Shown one piece after another: positions 1 through 9,485 of a stretch of DNA of 29,113 bases. This DNA is from Oscillospiraceae bacterium. GTDB taxonomy: Bacteria; Bacillota; Clostridia; Oscillospirales; Ruminococcaceae. Both the position numbers and the translations under genes were made by a program. The notes beneath the pieces are model-generated. The model had not been told where the DNA came from. It worked only from the letters and a program-made list of their open reading frames with translations, and made no database searches. The DNA lies in NCBI GenBank assembly GCA_017440425.1, contig JAFSHJ010000072.1, positions 1 through 29,113 of the forward strand, given 5' to 3'. Every line of letters begins with the position of its first letter. The first letter of the stretch is position 1.

Positions 1-3000
1 ACAAGGCTGCCCTTGCCGCCCTCAAACAGCTCTGTGAAGATGGTGGAGAAGTTCTCTGCTATCACAGCAAATTTTTTGGAGAAGCGGCTTCTCATCTCTG
101 CCGTGAGCTGGTTTATCTGTTCCATTATTCCGTTGCGGGAATTTTCCACGTCCTCTATCTGTGCTTTGAGGAAGATGTAGTGCTCATACACCTCTTTATA
201 TTCCTCGATGGCAGAGAGGTTTACGCTGCCAAGTGCCTTTATTGCGCTGCGCAGCTCGGAAAGTCTCTTGGTTGCCGCTGTGACGTTTTCTATCTCCTGC
301 GCAACCTCTTCCGCCTGCGCTCTTGTGAGCTCATATTCATCCCACAGACGTTTTATCAGCGAATCGTAGTCGGACTGAGCCGCATCTCTGCGCTCCTCCA
401 GCCTTACAAGTTCACGGGATGCCTGCTCGCGGCGCTCGGTTATCTGCTTCTGCTCCTGACGCATCTGCGTTGTCTTTGCCTCAAGTGCAATGCGCTCTTT
501 GGCAAAGTTTTCGATCATTGTGCGTTTTTCGCCGACTGTCTTTTCAATATCCGCAGCTGCTTCCGCATTGACAGTTATCCTGCGGTTTATCTCTTCAATG
601 TGTGCGTTATACTGCTCGATCTGCTCTGTGAGGCTGTTTATGCGCTCCTCACGGTCGCCTATCTGCTGCTGCAGCTGTGCCTCGGAAAGCCTCAGTATCT
701 CGATATCCTTCTCGATTCCGGTCATTTCGACGGCAAGGGCTGCACCCTTTTCACGTGCATCGTTCAGCTCCTGCTTTATGCCGTCATCCTTTTGGATGAG
801 TTCGGTACGTTTTTCGGATACCGCATCAATGTCACGCTGAAGCTCGGAAAGTACCTTTTCGCAGGCATCCTTCATCTCAACCGCTTTTTTCAGCTTTTTG
901 GAGATATCCAGCTGCTGCTTTTCGTTTTCCTCTTCGCTTCTGCCCGCATCTTCTATGAGCTGACCGATGCGCTTGAGCTCTGCCTCGTAGCGTATCTTAT
1001 CCTCTGCGCAGGTTTTGTATTCGCTTTGGGTTGCAACAAGTCCCGCATTCAGCTTGACGCATTCGTCCTTTGCGGAGTTATAGGGCTGCATTGCCGCAGC
1101 AACCTTTGCATCTATTGCTTCGGCATCCGCACCAAGCTTTTCTATCTCGCTCTTTCTGCTGAGTATGCCCGCATTCTTAACAGCGGAACCGCCGGTGATG
1201 GAGCCGCCGCTGTTGACCACCTGTCCGTCCAAAGTGACGATCCTGAAGCGGTAGCTGAATTTTTTGGCCATTGCAACGGCATCGTCCAGCGTCTCGGTGA
1301 CGACAACGCGTCCCAGCTGATTGAGCACGATGCCCTCATATTTTTTATCGCAGCGGACAAGGTCTGCCGCAATGCCCACAAAACCGATGCAATCATCCAC
1401 ACCGCGCTCCGCAAGGCGGTTTCCCTTTACGGAGGTGAGCTGCATAAAGGTGGCACGGCCTGCGTTTGTGCGCTTGAGCTCTGCAACGGCTCGCTTTGCC
1501 ACATCCTCGTTATCGGTGACTATGTTCTGCATTGCGGCACCGAGAGCTGTCTCCACCGCAAGGGCATATTCAGGCTCCACGCTGATCAACTCTGCAACGG
1601 TGCCGTGGATGCCCCTGAGAAAACCTCTGGATGCCTGACCGAGGACGAACTTTACGCTTCCCGCAAAGCCTTCCTTGGATTTTTCCATATCCTCAAGCAG
1701 CTTTGCACGGGAGAGCTTTGCCTCTTTTTCCCGTTTGTAACCGATAATCTCGGAATCGATCTTTTCAAGCTGCTTCTGTTTGCCTGCAAGCTTCATCTCC
1801 ATGCCCTTTGCCATGTTGGAGAGGCTTGTCATTCTGTCTTCAATTTCCTCCAGCAGCTCGGAGCACTCACGCTTCTCATCCAACAGCCGGCTGATGCGCT
1901 CCTCACGCTCTGCCTGAGACTGTTCCAGCAGCTGTGCTCTGCTGTTGAGCTGCTCCATCTCGGACTGTGCTCTGGTCTTTTCCAGGTTTGCTGCGTTATA
2001 TTTTTCAACAAATGCTGCGGAATCCCGCTCAAACTGCAGCAGTACCTCTGCAAAATCCGCTCTCTTTGCGGAAAGCTGAGCAATGTTGTTGTTCTGCTCG
2101 TTCGCTTTTTCGGCAGTTGCTTGATATTGACCCTCTTTTTCCGCAATCCTTTGTGCTATGCTTGCCTTTTGCTGCTCCGTCTGCTCCGCGTTTCTCTGCA
2201 TTCCTTCGATCTCTGCCTTAACGCGTTCGATGGATTCCTCGTCGTGCTTTATATCGTTGAGAAGAACAGCCTTTTCTGCGCCCATTTCGGCAACTCTGTC
2301 CTCAAATGCCTTTATCTCGTCACGGCGCAGCTCAATATCTGCCGCAATTTTCTGCATTGCGGCAAATACGGCATCTATCTGTTCTTCGGTCTCTCTGTAT
2401 TCTGCCTCTATCTCATCGTAGCTGCTTCTGCAAAGCAGTATCTTATCCTCCTGCTCTCGCAGACTTTGGCGTGCCTTTTTGATGTTGTTCATCCAAATGG
2501 AGACTTCCAGCTGCTTTTTCTCTTCCGCAAGCTTCAGGAATTTTTGTGCGGCTTCGCTCTGCTGTCTCAACGGTTCAACGCGCGCTTCTTCCATCACGAA
2601 GATATCCTTGAGTCTGAGCAGGTTTTCCTCCGCCTGACCAAGGCGCTTCTCCGCCTCTTCCCTGCGGTAACGGAATTTGGAGATGCCGGCCGCCTCTTCA
2701 AATATCTCACGGCGCTGTGCCGGCTTTGCGCTGACTATCTCTGCAATGGCGCCCTGACCCACGATGGAATAACCATCTCTGCCGATACCGGTATCCATCA
2801 ACATCTCGGTTATGTCACGCAGTCTTACTGCAACGCCATTGATGCGGTATTCGCTGTCGCCGCTGCGGTAATATTTTCGGGAGATAATGACCTCGTCTTC
2901 GTCACGGTTCATGCCTCTGTCGCTGTTGTCTATAACAAGACGAACTTCAACAAAACCGTGAGCCTTTCTGTTCACAGTTCCGTTGAAGATAATGTCCTCC

Positions 3001-3182
3001 ATCTTTGAGCCTCGCAGAGTCTTGGTGGATTGCTCGCCCAAAACCCAGCGAATCGCATCGCTGATGTTACTTTTTCCGCTTCCGTTGGGTCCAACTACCG
3101 CCGTCAGTCCTTTGCCGAACTCCATCCTTATCTTATCCGGAAAGGACTTAAAGCCTATCATTTCAAGCGCTTTTAAATACAA
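1..3182 (-). CDS. smc: Chromosome segregation protein SMC (3' end runs off the window)
   Basis: Not in the ORF track because it has no stop in the window. Read manually: TTG start at 3182 after AGGATGTG gives MYLKALEMIGFKSFPDK. Walker A GPNGSGKSNISDA near 3060-3100, then long coiled coil and hinge. The window edge reads ENFSTIFTELFEGGKGSL, typical of the SMC C-terminal head approach. Confidence 0.96.
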   Translation of the reverse strand, partial: MYLKALEMIGFKSFPDKIRMEFGKGLTAVVGPNGSGKSNISDAIRWVLGEQSTKTLRGSKMEDIIFNGTVNRKAHGFVEVRLVIDNSDRGMNRDEDEVIISRKYYRSGDSEYRINGVAVRLRDITEMLMDTGIGRDGYSIVGQGAIAEIVSAKPAQRREIFEEAAGISKFRYRREEAEKRLGQAEENLLRLKDIFVMEEARVEPLRQQSEAAQKFLKLAEEKKQLEVSIWMNNIKKARQSLREQEDKILLCRSSYDEIEAEYRETEEQIDAVFAAMQKIAADIELRRDEIKAFEDRVAEMGAEKAVLLNDIKHDEESIERVKAEIEGMQRNAEQTEQQKASIAQRIAEKEGQYQATAEKANEQNNNIAQLSAKRADFAEVLLQFERDSAAFVEKYNAANLEKTRAQSEMEQLNSRAQLLEQSQAEREERISRLLDEKRECSELLEEIEDRMTSLSNMAKGMEMKLAGKQKQLEKIDSEIIGYKREKEAKLSRAKLLEDMEKSKEGFAGSVKFVLGQASRGFLRGIHGTVAELISVEPEYALAVETALGAAMQNIVTDNEDVAKRAVAELKRTNAGRATFMQLTSVKGNRLAERGVDDCIGFVGIAADLVRCDKKYEGIVLNQLGRVVVTETLDDAVAMAKKFSYRFRIVTLDGQVVNSGGSITGGSAVKNAGILSRKSEIEKLGADAEAIDAKVAAAMQPYNSAKDECVKLNAGLVATQSEYKTCAEDKIRYEAELKRIGQLIEDAGRSEEENEKQQLDISKKLKKAVEMKDACEKVLSELQRDIDAVSEKRTELIQKDDGIKQELNDAREKGAALAVEMTGIEKDIEILRLSEAQLQQQIGDREERINSLTEQIEQYNAHIEEINRRITVNAEAAADIEKTVGEKRTMIENFAKERIALEAKTTQMRQEQKQITERREQASRELVRLEERRDAAQSDYDSLIKRLWDEYELTRAQAEEVAQEIENVTAATKRLSELRSAIKALGSVNLSAIEEYKEVYEHYIFLKAQIEDVENSRNGIMEQINQLTAEMRSRFSKKFAVIAENFSTIFTELFEGGKGSL

Positions 3183-3206
3183 TATAACACATCCTGCGGT
3201 TTATTT

Positions 3207-4250
3207 TTAACTTTCTGTCTCTATCTCGCCTGCCGCAACTCCCTCGCGTGGGCATATACACACATCATATCCCAAGCTGCTGAGCCGCACAATATTTTTT
3301 CTTTTTTGTCCCACCGCTTTGGAAATTGAATGCGGTTCGACATATATTTTTGCCTTTTTATCCGCTTTTTTCTCTACAATTCGTAATATTTTTCTAAAAT
3401 ATAACTCATTGTCGCATAATTCACGGAAAGCAGGGTGGTAAACACCAGCTATAACGTCTGCCTCCACCGTTTCCGATGCGTGAAGTCCCACACGGAGCAC
3501 GGTTATGTTTTTCTTTTCGAAAAACTCCATCACATCGGCGCAGCACTCAACTGCCATATCGACGCTTGGTGGGAAATACACTCCCGCCTCAAACAGTCTT
3601 GCGAGCTCCGTGCCTTTCAGCACCGCTGTGGGGTATATTCTCACGCCGTCGGGCTTTAGTGCGGCAATGCGCTCTGCGGTATACATCGTGCGCTCCGTCA
3701 AGGTTTTGTCTGCGCCTTCGGAAGGGATATCCCCCCTGTTTTCACCGTAGAGTCCCACCATCATCTGCAGACCCAATGAAAAGCCTGCCTGTTTTATCAG
3801 CCGTGATGCCTTTTCCACATCCTCTGCCGTGTGACCTCTGCGGTTGAGACGCAGCACTCTGTCATCCATACTCTGCGCACCAAGCTCTATATCGGTGACG
3901 TGATACCGCTTCAAAATGGAGAGTATCTCTTCATCTATGCAGTCCGGGCGGGTGGAGATGCGTATTCCCGCAAATTTTCCCGTTTCCACATATTCTGCCG
4001 CCGCCTGCAGAAGCGACACCATCAAAGCTCTGTCTATGGCTGTGAAGCTGCCGCCGAAAAAGGCTATCTGTGCATTCTGCGGATCCACCGTCATGCTGTT
4101 CAGGGCATCTTCGCAGGTTTTTCTCACAAACTCGCCGTCCGGCTGGGCGCTCTGCCCCGAAATTGTGCGCTGGTTGCAGAAGCTGCACATGTTTGGACAG
4201 CCGTTGTGGGGCACAAAAATTGCCACGTTGCCGTGCTTTGCCTTTGCCAT
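3207..4250 (-). CDS. Radical SAM protein (Elp3/YhcC-like, no acetyltransferase domain)
   Basis: CxxxCxxC motif (HNGCPNMCSFCNQ), FFGGSFT, STRPD and ELGAQS motifs. Lies between rnc and smc, a position common in Clostridia. Confidence 0.88.
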   Translation of the reverse strand: MAKAKHGNVAIFVPHNGCPNMCSFCNQRTISGQSAQPDGEFVRKTCEDALNSMTVDPQNAQIAFFGGSFTAIDRALMVSLLQAAAEYVETGKFAGIRISTRPDCIDEEILSILKRYHVTDIELGAQSMDDRVLRLNRRGHTAEDVEKASRLIKQAGFSLGLQMMVGLYGENRGDIPSEGADKTLTERTMYTAERIAALKPDGVRIYPTAVLKGTELARLFEAGVYFPPSVDMAVECCADVMEFFEKKNITVLRVGLHASETVEADVIAGVYHPAFRELCDNELYFRKILRIVEKKADKKAKIYVEPHSISKAVGQKRKNIVRLSSLGYDVCICPREGVAAGEIETES

Positions 4251-4251
4251 G

Positions 4252-4923
4252 TTACAGACCCATCAGCCGCAAAGCTTCGTGAGCAGCCATCTGCTCTGCC
4301 TCTTTTTTGCTTTTGCCCTCGCCCACACCGATAACGTTGCTGTTGAGGTGCACCTCTGCGGTGAAGCGTTTATCGTGGTCGGGTCCGCTCTCTCCCACCA
4401 TAACGTAGGTGAGCTTCTCTTCGGGATTCTGCTGAATAACTTCCTGCAGCTCTGTTTTGTAGTCCTTTGTCTTTTTGGGTGCCTTCTCCAATGCCGGGAT
4501 GACAAAACCCAGCACAAATTTTTTGGCAGGCTCTATTCCGCCGTCAAGATAGATGGCGGCGATGAGTGCCTCAAAGGCATCTGCAAGGATGGAGGCGCGG
4601 TTTGCTCCGCCTGTCTGTGCCTCGCCCTTGCCGAGATACATATATTTGCCCAGATCTATTGTTTTTGCAAAATCGCTGAGAGTTTTTTCGCACACAAGAG
4701 AGGCCCTCTTTTTGGTGAGCTGACCTTCAGGAAGCTGTGAAAAATTCTCAAACAGATAGTCGGATACTATTATGGAAAGCACGGCATCTCCCAAAAATTC
4801 CTGACGCTCGTTGTATTCCACCGCACCCTTCACCTCGTTTGCATAGGAAGAATGGGTGAGCGCAATGGTGAGAAACCGCTCATCTTTAAAATTGTAATCG
4901 ATAACCTTCTGTAACTCTTTCAT
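4252..4923 (-). CDS. rnc: Ribonuclease III
   Basis: ALTHSSYANE, signature NERQEFLGDAVL, ADAFEALIAAIYLD, C-terminal dsRBD (DYKTELQE...GPDHDKRF...SKKEAEQMAA). Confidence 0.97.
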   Translation of the reverse strand: MKELQKVIDYNFKDERFLTIALTHSSYANEVKGAVEYNERQEFLGDAVLSIIVSDYLFENFSQLPEGQLTKKRASLVCEKTLSDFAKTIDLGKYMYLGKGEAQTGGANRASILADAFEALIAAIYLDGGIEPAKKFVLGFVIPALEKAPKKTKDYKTELQEVIQQNPEEKLTYVMVGESGPDHDKRFTAEVHLNSNVIGVGEGKSKKEAEQMAAHEALRLMGL

Positions 4924-4962
4924 AATACACCAATCCAGCCGTTTTGCTGATTTTGGAACCTA

Positions 4963-5961
4963 TTATTCTCCTTTTGCAGCCTTGACCGCATCTGCCATAA
5001 GTCCCACAACGTTCATTTCGTCCATCTTTACAGCCTGCTCCATTGCCTTGACAAAGGTTTTTGCCACGGAATCTCCGTGGACCTTTATAACGGGCTTGCT
5101 GATGCCCAGCATTGCAGAGCCGCCGTATTCGGAATAATCCATTTTATTTTTAAGCTTTTTAAGGTTCTTTTTAAGAATGAGAGACGCAATTTTGGTGATG
5201 GGCGTTGCATAGAACACGCCCTTGAGCTCGCCAAACAGCGAACTGACGGTGCCCTCCAGAGTTTTGAGCACCACGTTGCCGGTGAAACCGTCTGCAACGG
5301 CAACATCGCAGGCACCTTCGGAGAGATAACGGGGCTCCACATTGCCGATGAAGTTGATGGGAGCTTCCTTAAGCAGCTGATATGTAGCGACCTGCAGCTC
5401 CTGACCCTTGGTCTCCTCTGCACCGATGTTGATGAGACCGACTTTGGGGTTTTCTACTCCCAGCACCTTTTCCATATATATGGAGCCGAGGATTGCGAAC
5501 TGGTTAAGCATTTCGGGACGGCAATCCACGTTTGCACCCACGTCGACCATCATATATTTTCCGTTGCGTCCGGGGATAACGGGAGCGAAAGCCGCTCTCT
5601 TAACACCTCTGATGCGCTTTACGATAAAGGTTGCGCCCACAACAAATGCTGCTGTGCTTCCTGCGGAGATGACCGCATCCGCATCGCCCTGAGCAACCAG
5701 CTTGAGTGCCACGGCCATGGAGCTGTTGGCATATTTTTTGGTTATCTCTGTGGCTTCCGCCTCAACGGGGATGACATCCGGTGCGTGAACAACGGTTATG
5801 CCCTCCAGCGAGATGCCCTCTGCAGCGGCAACTTCCTTTATCTGTGACTCGTCTCCGACTGCAATCACTTCTGCCAGCCCTGCTTCTTTTGCCATAACAC
5901 ACGCCTTAAGGGGCTCCAGCGGGGCATTGTCTCCTCCAAAAATATCAATTGCAATCCTCAT
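4963..5961 (-). CDS. plsX: Phosphate acyltransferase PlsX
   Basis: MRIAIDIFGGDNAP, DVGANVDC, NIGAEETKG, DGFTGNVVLKTLEG and KVHG motifs. Start placed at ATG 5961, which follows AAAGGA, rather than 5970. Confidence 0.95.
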   Translation of the reverse strand: MRIAIDIFGGDNAPLEPLKACVMAKEAGLAEVIAVGDESQIKEVAAAEGISLEGITVVHAPDVIPVEAEATEITKKYANSSMAVALKLVAQGDADAVISAGSTAAFVVGATFIVKRIRGVKRAAFAPVIPGRNGKYMMVDVGANVDCRPEMLNQFAILGSIYMEKVLGVENPKVGLINIGAEETKGQELQVATYQLLKEAPINFIGNVEPRYLSEGACDVAVADGFTGNVVLKTLEGTVSSLFGELKGVFYATPITKIASLILKKNLKKLKNKMDYSEYGGSAMLGISKPVIKVHGDSVAKTFVKAMEQAVKMDEMNVVGLMADAVKAAKGE

Positions 5962-5994
5962 ACGAATCATCCTTTCAAAATTGGTTTGCTCTCT

Positions 5995-7311
5995 TTATCT
6001 GTAAAGAGAAAGCGTTTCTTCCATTGCATTGAGCGCACGCTCGGAATAGGCGGCATAACGGGCTTTTTTGTCCCTTATTCTGCTCTCCAGCTCCGGAAGC
6101 AAACCCATTGCTGCGCCCATCGGCTGAAAATCCTTTGTGTCTGCCGATGATATATATGCCGAAAGCGCACCCGTCATTGTTTCAACGGGCAGCTTCATGG
6201 GTTCAAGACCTTTAACTCTGCGTGCGGCATTTATTCCCGCTATAATTCCCGATGCGGCGGATTCCATATAGCCCTCCACACCGGTCATCTGTCCCGCAAA
6301 GTAGATGCGTTTGTCGCTGCGGAGGGAGAAATCCGCATCCAGCAGCTCCGGACTTTTTATGAATGTGTTGCGGTGCATTACACCGTATCTTACAAACTCG
6401 GCATTTTCCAGTCCCGGGATCATTCCGAAAACACGTTTTTGCTCGCCGAATTTGAGGTTTGTCTGAAATCCCACCAAATTGAACATGGTGGCATCCGCAT
6501 CCTCTCTGCGAAGCTGCAGGTTTGCCCAGGGACGGTGTCCCGTTTTGGGATCGGTGAGTCCTTTCGGCTTAAGCGGACCGAAACGCAGGGTATCGATGCC
6601 TCTTGATGCCATGACCTCCACCGGCATACATCCCTCGTATACACGGAAGCTCTCCTTGTCAAACTCCTCCAGCTCTGCACGCTCTGCGTTGACAAGCTCG
6701 TTCCAGAATGCCTCATACTGCTCCTTGTTCATGGGGCAGTTGAGGTAATCGTCGCCGCCGCGTCCGTATCTTGCAGCGAAAAACACCTTTTCCATATCGA
6801 TGCTGGATGCCTCCACGATGGGTGCTGCCGCATCAAAAAAGCTGAGTCCGCCGCCGAGACGCTCCTTCAGATATTCCGCAAAGGGCTCCGATGTGAGAGG
6901 TCCCGTTGCAACTATCCATATCTCATCCCCCTGGGGTGAGAGCCCGGTCATCTCACGGTGCTCCACCGTTATCAGCGGGTGTTCTTTTATTTTTTGTGTA
7001 ACAAGTGCGGAGAATTTTTTTCTGTCCACAGCCAGCGCACCGCCCGCATCAACTGCGGTCTGCTCTGCGCAGGCAACGGTCAGCGAGCCGAGACGGCGCA
7101 TCTCCTCCTTGAGAAGACCTGCCGAAGTCTCTATGCGTGCCGCTTTAAGGGAGTTGGAGCACACAAGCTCCGCAAAATCATCGGTGGTGTGGGCGGGCGA
7201 GCGTTTTATGGGTTTCATCTCGATCAATGTTACCTCAATGCCTGCTTCTGCCGCACTCCACGCGGCCTCGCATCCCGCAAGTCCTGCGCCGATTATATTT
7301 ATCCTGCTCAT
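5995..7311 (-). CDS. trmFO: FAD/folate-dependent tRNA (uracil-54) methyltransferase TrmFO (Gid)
   Basis: IIGAGLAGCEAAW, ELVCSNSL, FFDAAAPIV, GVMHRNTFI, AGQMTGVEGYMESAA. Confidence 0.96.
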   Translation of the reverse strand: MSRINIIGAGLAGCEAAWSAAEAGIEVTLIEMKPIKRSPAHTTDDFAELVCSNSLKAARIETSAGLLKEEMRRLGSLTVACAEQTAVDAGGALAVDRKKFSALVTQKIKEHPLITVEHREMTGLSPQGDEIWIVATGPLTSEPFAEYLKERLGGGLSFFDAAAPIVEASSIDMEKVFFAARYGRGGDDYLNCPMNKEQYEAFWNELVNAERAELEEFDKESFRVYEGCMPVEVMASRGIDTLRFGPLKPKGLTDPKTGHRPWANLQLRREDADATMFNLVGFQTNLKFGEQKRVFGMIPGLENAEFVRYGVMHRNTFIKSPELLDADFSLRSDKRIYFAGQMTGVEGYMESAASGIIAGINAARRVKGLEPMKLPVETMTGALSAYISSADTKDFQPMGAAMGLLPELESRIRDKKARYAAYSERALNAMEETLSLYR

Positions 7312-7343
7312 AGGCTATCCTCTTTTTTTGTTGCGGGATACGG

Positions 7344-9431
7344 TTATTCCGCATCCTCCATACCTTTAACGTATCCGCAGCCCTCTTTGGCGCAGTAGGT
7401 CTTGCCGCCGCGGCCTTTCTTGCGGAAAAGTGTTGCTCCGCAATCGGGGCATTCCTCTGCCAGCGGCACATCCCAGCTCATAAATTCGCACTCGGGATAT
7501 CTGGAGCAGCCGTAGAACTCTTTGCCGTTTTTGCTCTTCATAGACATCATCTTTGCGCCGCAGATGGGACAGTTGCCCGCTGTCTCTTTTTTGATCTTCT
7601 GTGTATAGGTGCATTCGGGGAATCCGGAGCAGGCAAGGAATTTTCCGAATCTGCCGCTCTTTATCACCATTTTTTTGCCGCAGACCTGACAGATCTCGTC
7701 GGTCTCCTCATCGGGAATTTTAATGCGGACACCCTTCATCTCTTCCTCTGCTTTTTCCAGCGTGGACATAAAGGGAGAATAGAAATCCTTGAGGGTGCCC
7801 ACCCAGTTGCTGTTGCCCTCCGCCACGTCGTCCAGCGTTTTCTCCATGTTTGCGGTAAACTCCACGTCAACAATGTTGGGGAAGCGCTCGCACATCAGCT
7901 GTGTTGTAACTGTGCCGAGGATGGTGGGTTTGAGAGATTTTCCTTCCCTCTCCACATAGCCTCTTGAGAGAATGGTGGAGATGATGGGCGCATAGGTGCT
8001 GGGGCGACCGATGCCGTTTTCCTCCAGCGTTTTTATCAGCGAAGCCTCGGTGAATCTTGCGGGCGGCTGTGTGAAATGCTGACCGCCGTCGATGGAAAGC
8101 AGCTTGAGCATATCGCCCTGCTCCAGTTCGGGAAGGCGGGTGCTGTTTTCCTCTTCGTCATCCTTGCCCTCTTCGTAGAGCACGGTGTAACCGTCGAACT
8201 TGACGGAATAACCCGATGCTTTGAAGCTGTAACCGTTTGCGATTATCTCAACGGAGACAGTTTCAAGCTGTGCGTTTGCCATTTGGCTTGCAATAAAGCG
8301 CTCCCAAATAAGCTTATACAGCTTATACTGGTCGCTGCTGAGGCTTTTCTTAAGGCTGGCAGGGGTCATCTCCGGCATTGTGGGGCGGATAGCCTCATGG
8401 GCATCCTGCGCGCCGGATTTGCTCTTGAACACTCTGCGCTTGGGTGTGCGGTATGCCTTGCCGTATATCTCGTCTATATAATTTTCAGCTGCAAGAGCTG
8501 CCTCATCGGAGATGCGCAGCGAATCGGTACGCATATAGGTTATGAGACCCACAGCGCCCTGACCCTCTACGTCGATACCTTCGTAGAGCTCCTGAGCCGC
8601 TTTCATTGTTCTTCTCGCCTGGAATCCCAGCTTGCGGGATGCCTCCTGCTGCAGGGTGGATGTGATGAAGGGAGGTGCGGGAGCCTTTTTGCGAAGACCC
8701 TTTTTAACTCCGACCACTTCATATTCTGCGCCTTCCAGCTCTTTGAGAATGGCGTCGGCATCTTCCTTGGTGTGCATCTCAAGCTGTTTGCCGTCTTTGC
8801 CATAGAATTTGGCGGTGAATTCACGTCTGTCTGTGGGAGCAAGCAGCTTTGCATCGATGGACCAATACTCCACCGGCACAAAAACCTTTATCTCGTCCTC
8901 TCTGTCGGAGATGAGGCGCACCGCAACAGACTGAACTCTGCCCGCAGAAAGACCTCTGCGGACCTTTTTCCACAAAAACGGGCTGAGCTTATAGCCAACT
9001 ATTCTGTCGAGGATACGTCTTGTCTGCTGGGCATCCACCAGTGCCACGTCTATCTGACGGGGATTATCCATGCCGTGCTTGACACCGCTCTTGGTTATCT
9101 CGTTGAAGGTAACGCGGTTTTTCTCGCTGAGCTTCATGCCGAAAACCTTTGCCAAATGCCAGGAAATAGCCTCTCCTTCGCGGTCGGGGTCGGTTGCGAG
9201 AAAGATACCGTCGCTCTTTTTGGCCTGCTTTTTCAGGTTTTTCACCAGCTCGTCCTTGCCCTCTATGGTGACATAGTCGGGAGCAAAGTCGTTGTCCACA
9301 TCCACGCCGAGCTTGCTCTTGGGCAGGTCTATGATATGACCCATGGATGCAACCACGTCATAGCCTTCACCCAGATATTTTTTTATGGTTTTGGCTTTCG
9401 CCGAGGATTCCACAATAACCAGTTTGGACAT
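7344..9431 (-). CDS. topA: DNA topoisomerase I
   Basis: TOPRIM N-terminus MSKLVIVESSAKAKTIKKYLG, ATDPDREGEAISWHL, SAGRVQS, ITYMRTDS (catalytic Tyr), GIGRPSTY, C-terminal C4 zinc ribbons. Start placed at ATG 9431 after AAAGGTG. Confidence 0.97.
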   Translation of the reverse strand: MSKLVIVESSAKAKTIKKYLGEGYDVVASMGHIIDLPKSKLGVDVDNDFAPDYVTIEGKDELVKNLKKQAKKSDGIFLATDPDREGEAISWHLAKVFGMKLSEKNRVTFNEITKSGVKHGMDNPRQIDVALVDAQQTRRILDRIVGYKLSPFLWKKVRRGLSAGRVQSVAVRLISDREDEIKVFVPVEYWSIDAKLLAPTDRREFTAKFYGKDGKQLEMHTKEDADAILKELEGAEYEVVGVKKGLRKKAPAPPFITSTLQQEASRKLGFQARRTMKAAQELYEGIDVEGQGAVGLITYMRTDSLRISDEAALAAENYIDEIYGKAYRTPKRRVFKSKSGAQDAHEAIRPTMPEMTPASLKKSLSSDQYKLYKLIWERFIASQMANAQLETVSVEIIANGYSFKASGYSVKFDGYTVLYEEGKDDEEENSTRLPELEQGDMLKLLSIDGGQHFTQPPARFTEASLIKTLEENGIGRPSTYAPIISTILSRGYVEREGKSLKPTILGTVTTQLMCERFPNIVDVEFTANMEKTLDDVAEGNSNWVGTLKDFYSPFMSTLEKAEEEMKGVRIKIPDEETDEICQVCGKKMVIKSGRFGKFLACSGFPECTYTQKIKKETAGNCPICGAKMMSMKSKNGKEFYGCSRYPECEFMSWDVPLAEECPDCGATLFRKKGRGGKTYCAKEGCGYVKGMEDAE

Positions 9432-9485
9432 TATTTTACATTCACCTTTTAGTTTTATTTGTTTCCCTTTTTGCATCTCACCCGT

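Noticed and set aside
180-3008. 942-aa plus-strand ORF
   Set aside because: Antisense shadow of smc. The Leu/Phe/Cys-rich translation is the mirror of the Glu/Lys/Ala-rich coiled coil; it has no motifs and no RBS.
9395-9412. TopA TOPRIM motif reads VESSAK rather than the usual VESPAK
   Set aside because: A single-nucleotide difference (TCG vs CCG) with the catalytic Glu intact; probably ordinary variation or a base-call error.
8076-9452. 458-aa plus-strand ORF, and similar long antisense ORFs at 3916-4740, 5077-5847, 11206-12003, 16777-17490, 21682-22590 and 28136-28930
   Set aside because: Each lies opposite a clearly identified gene and has no recognisable motifs; explained by the codon bias of the sense gene.
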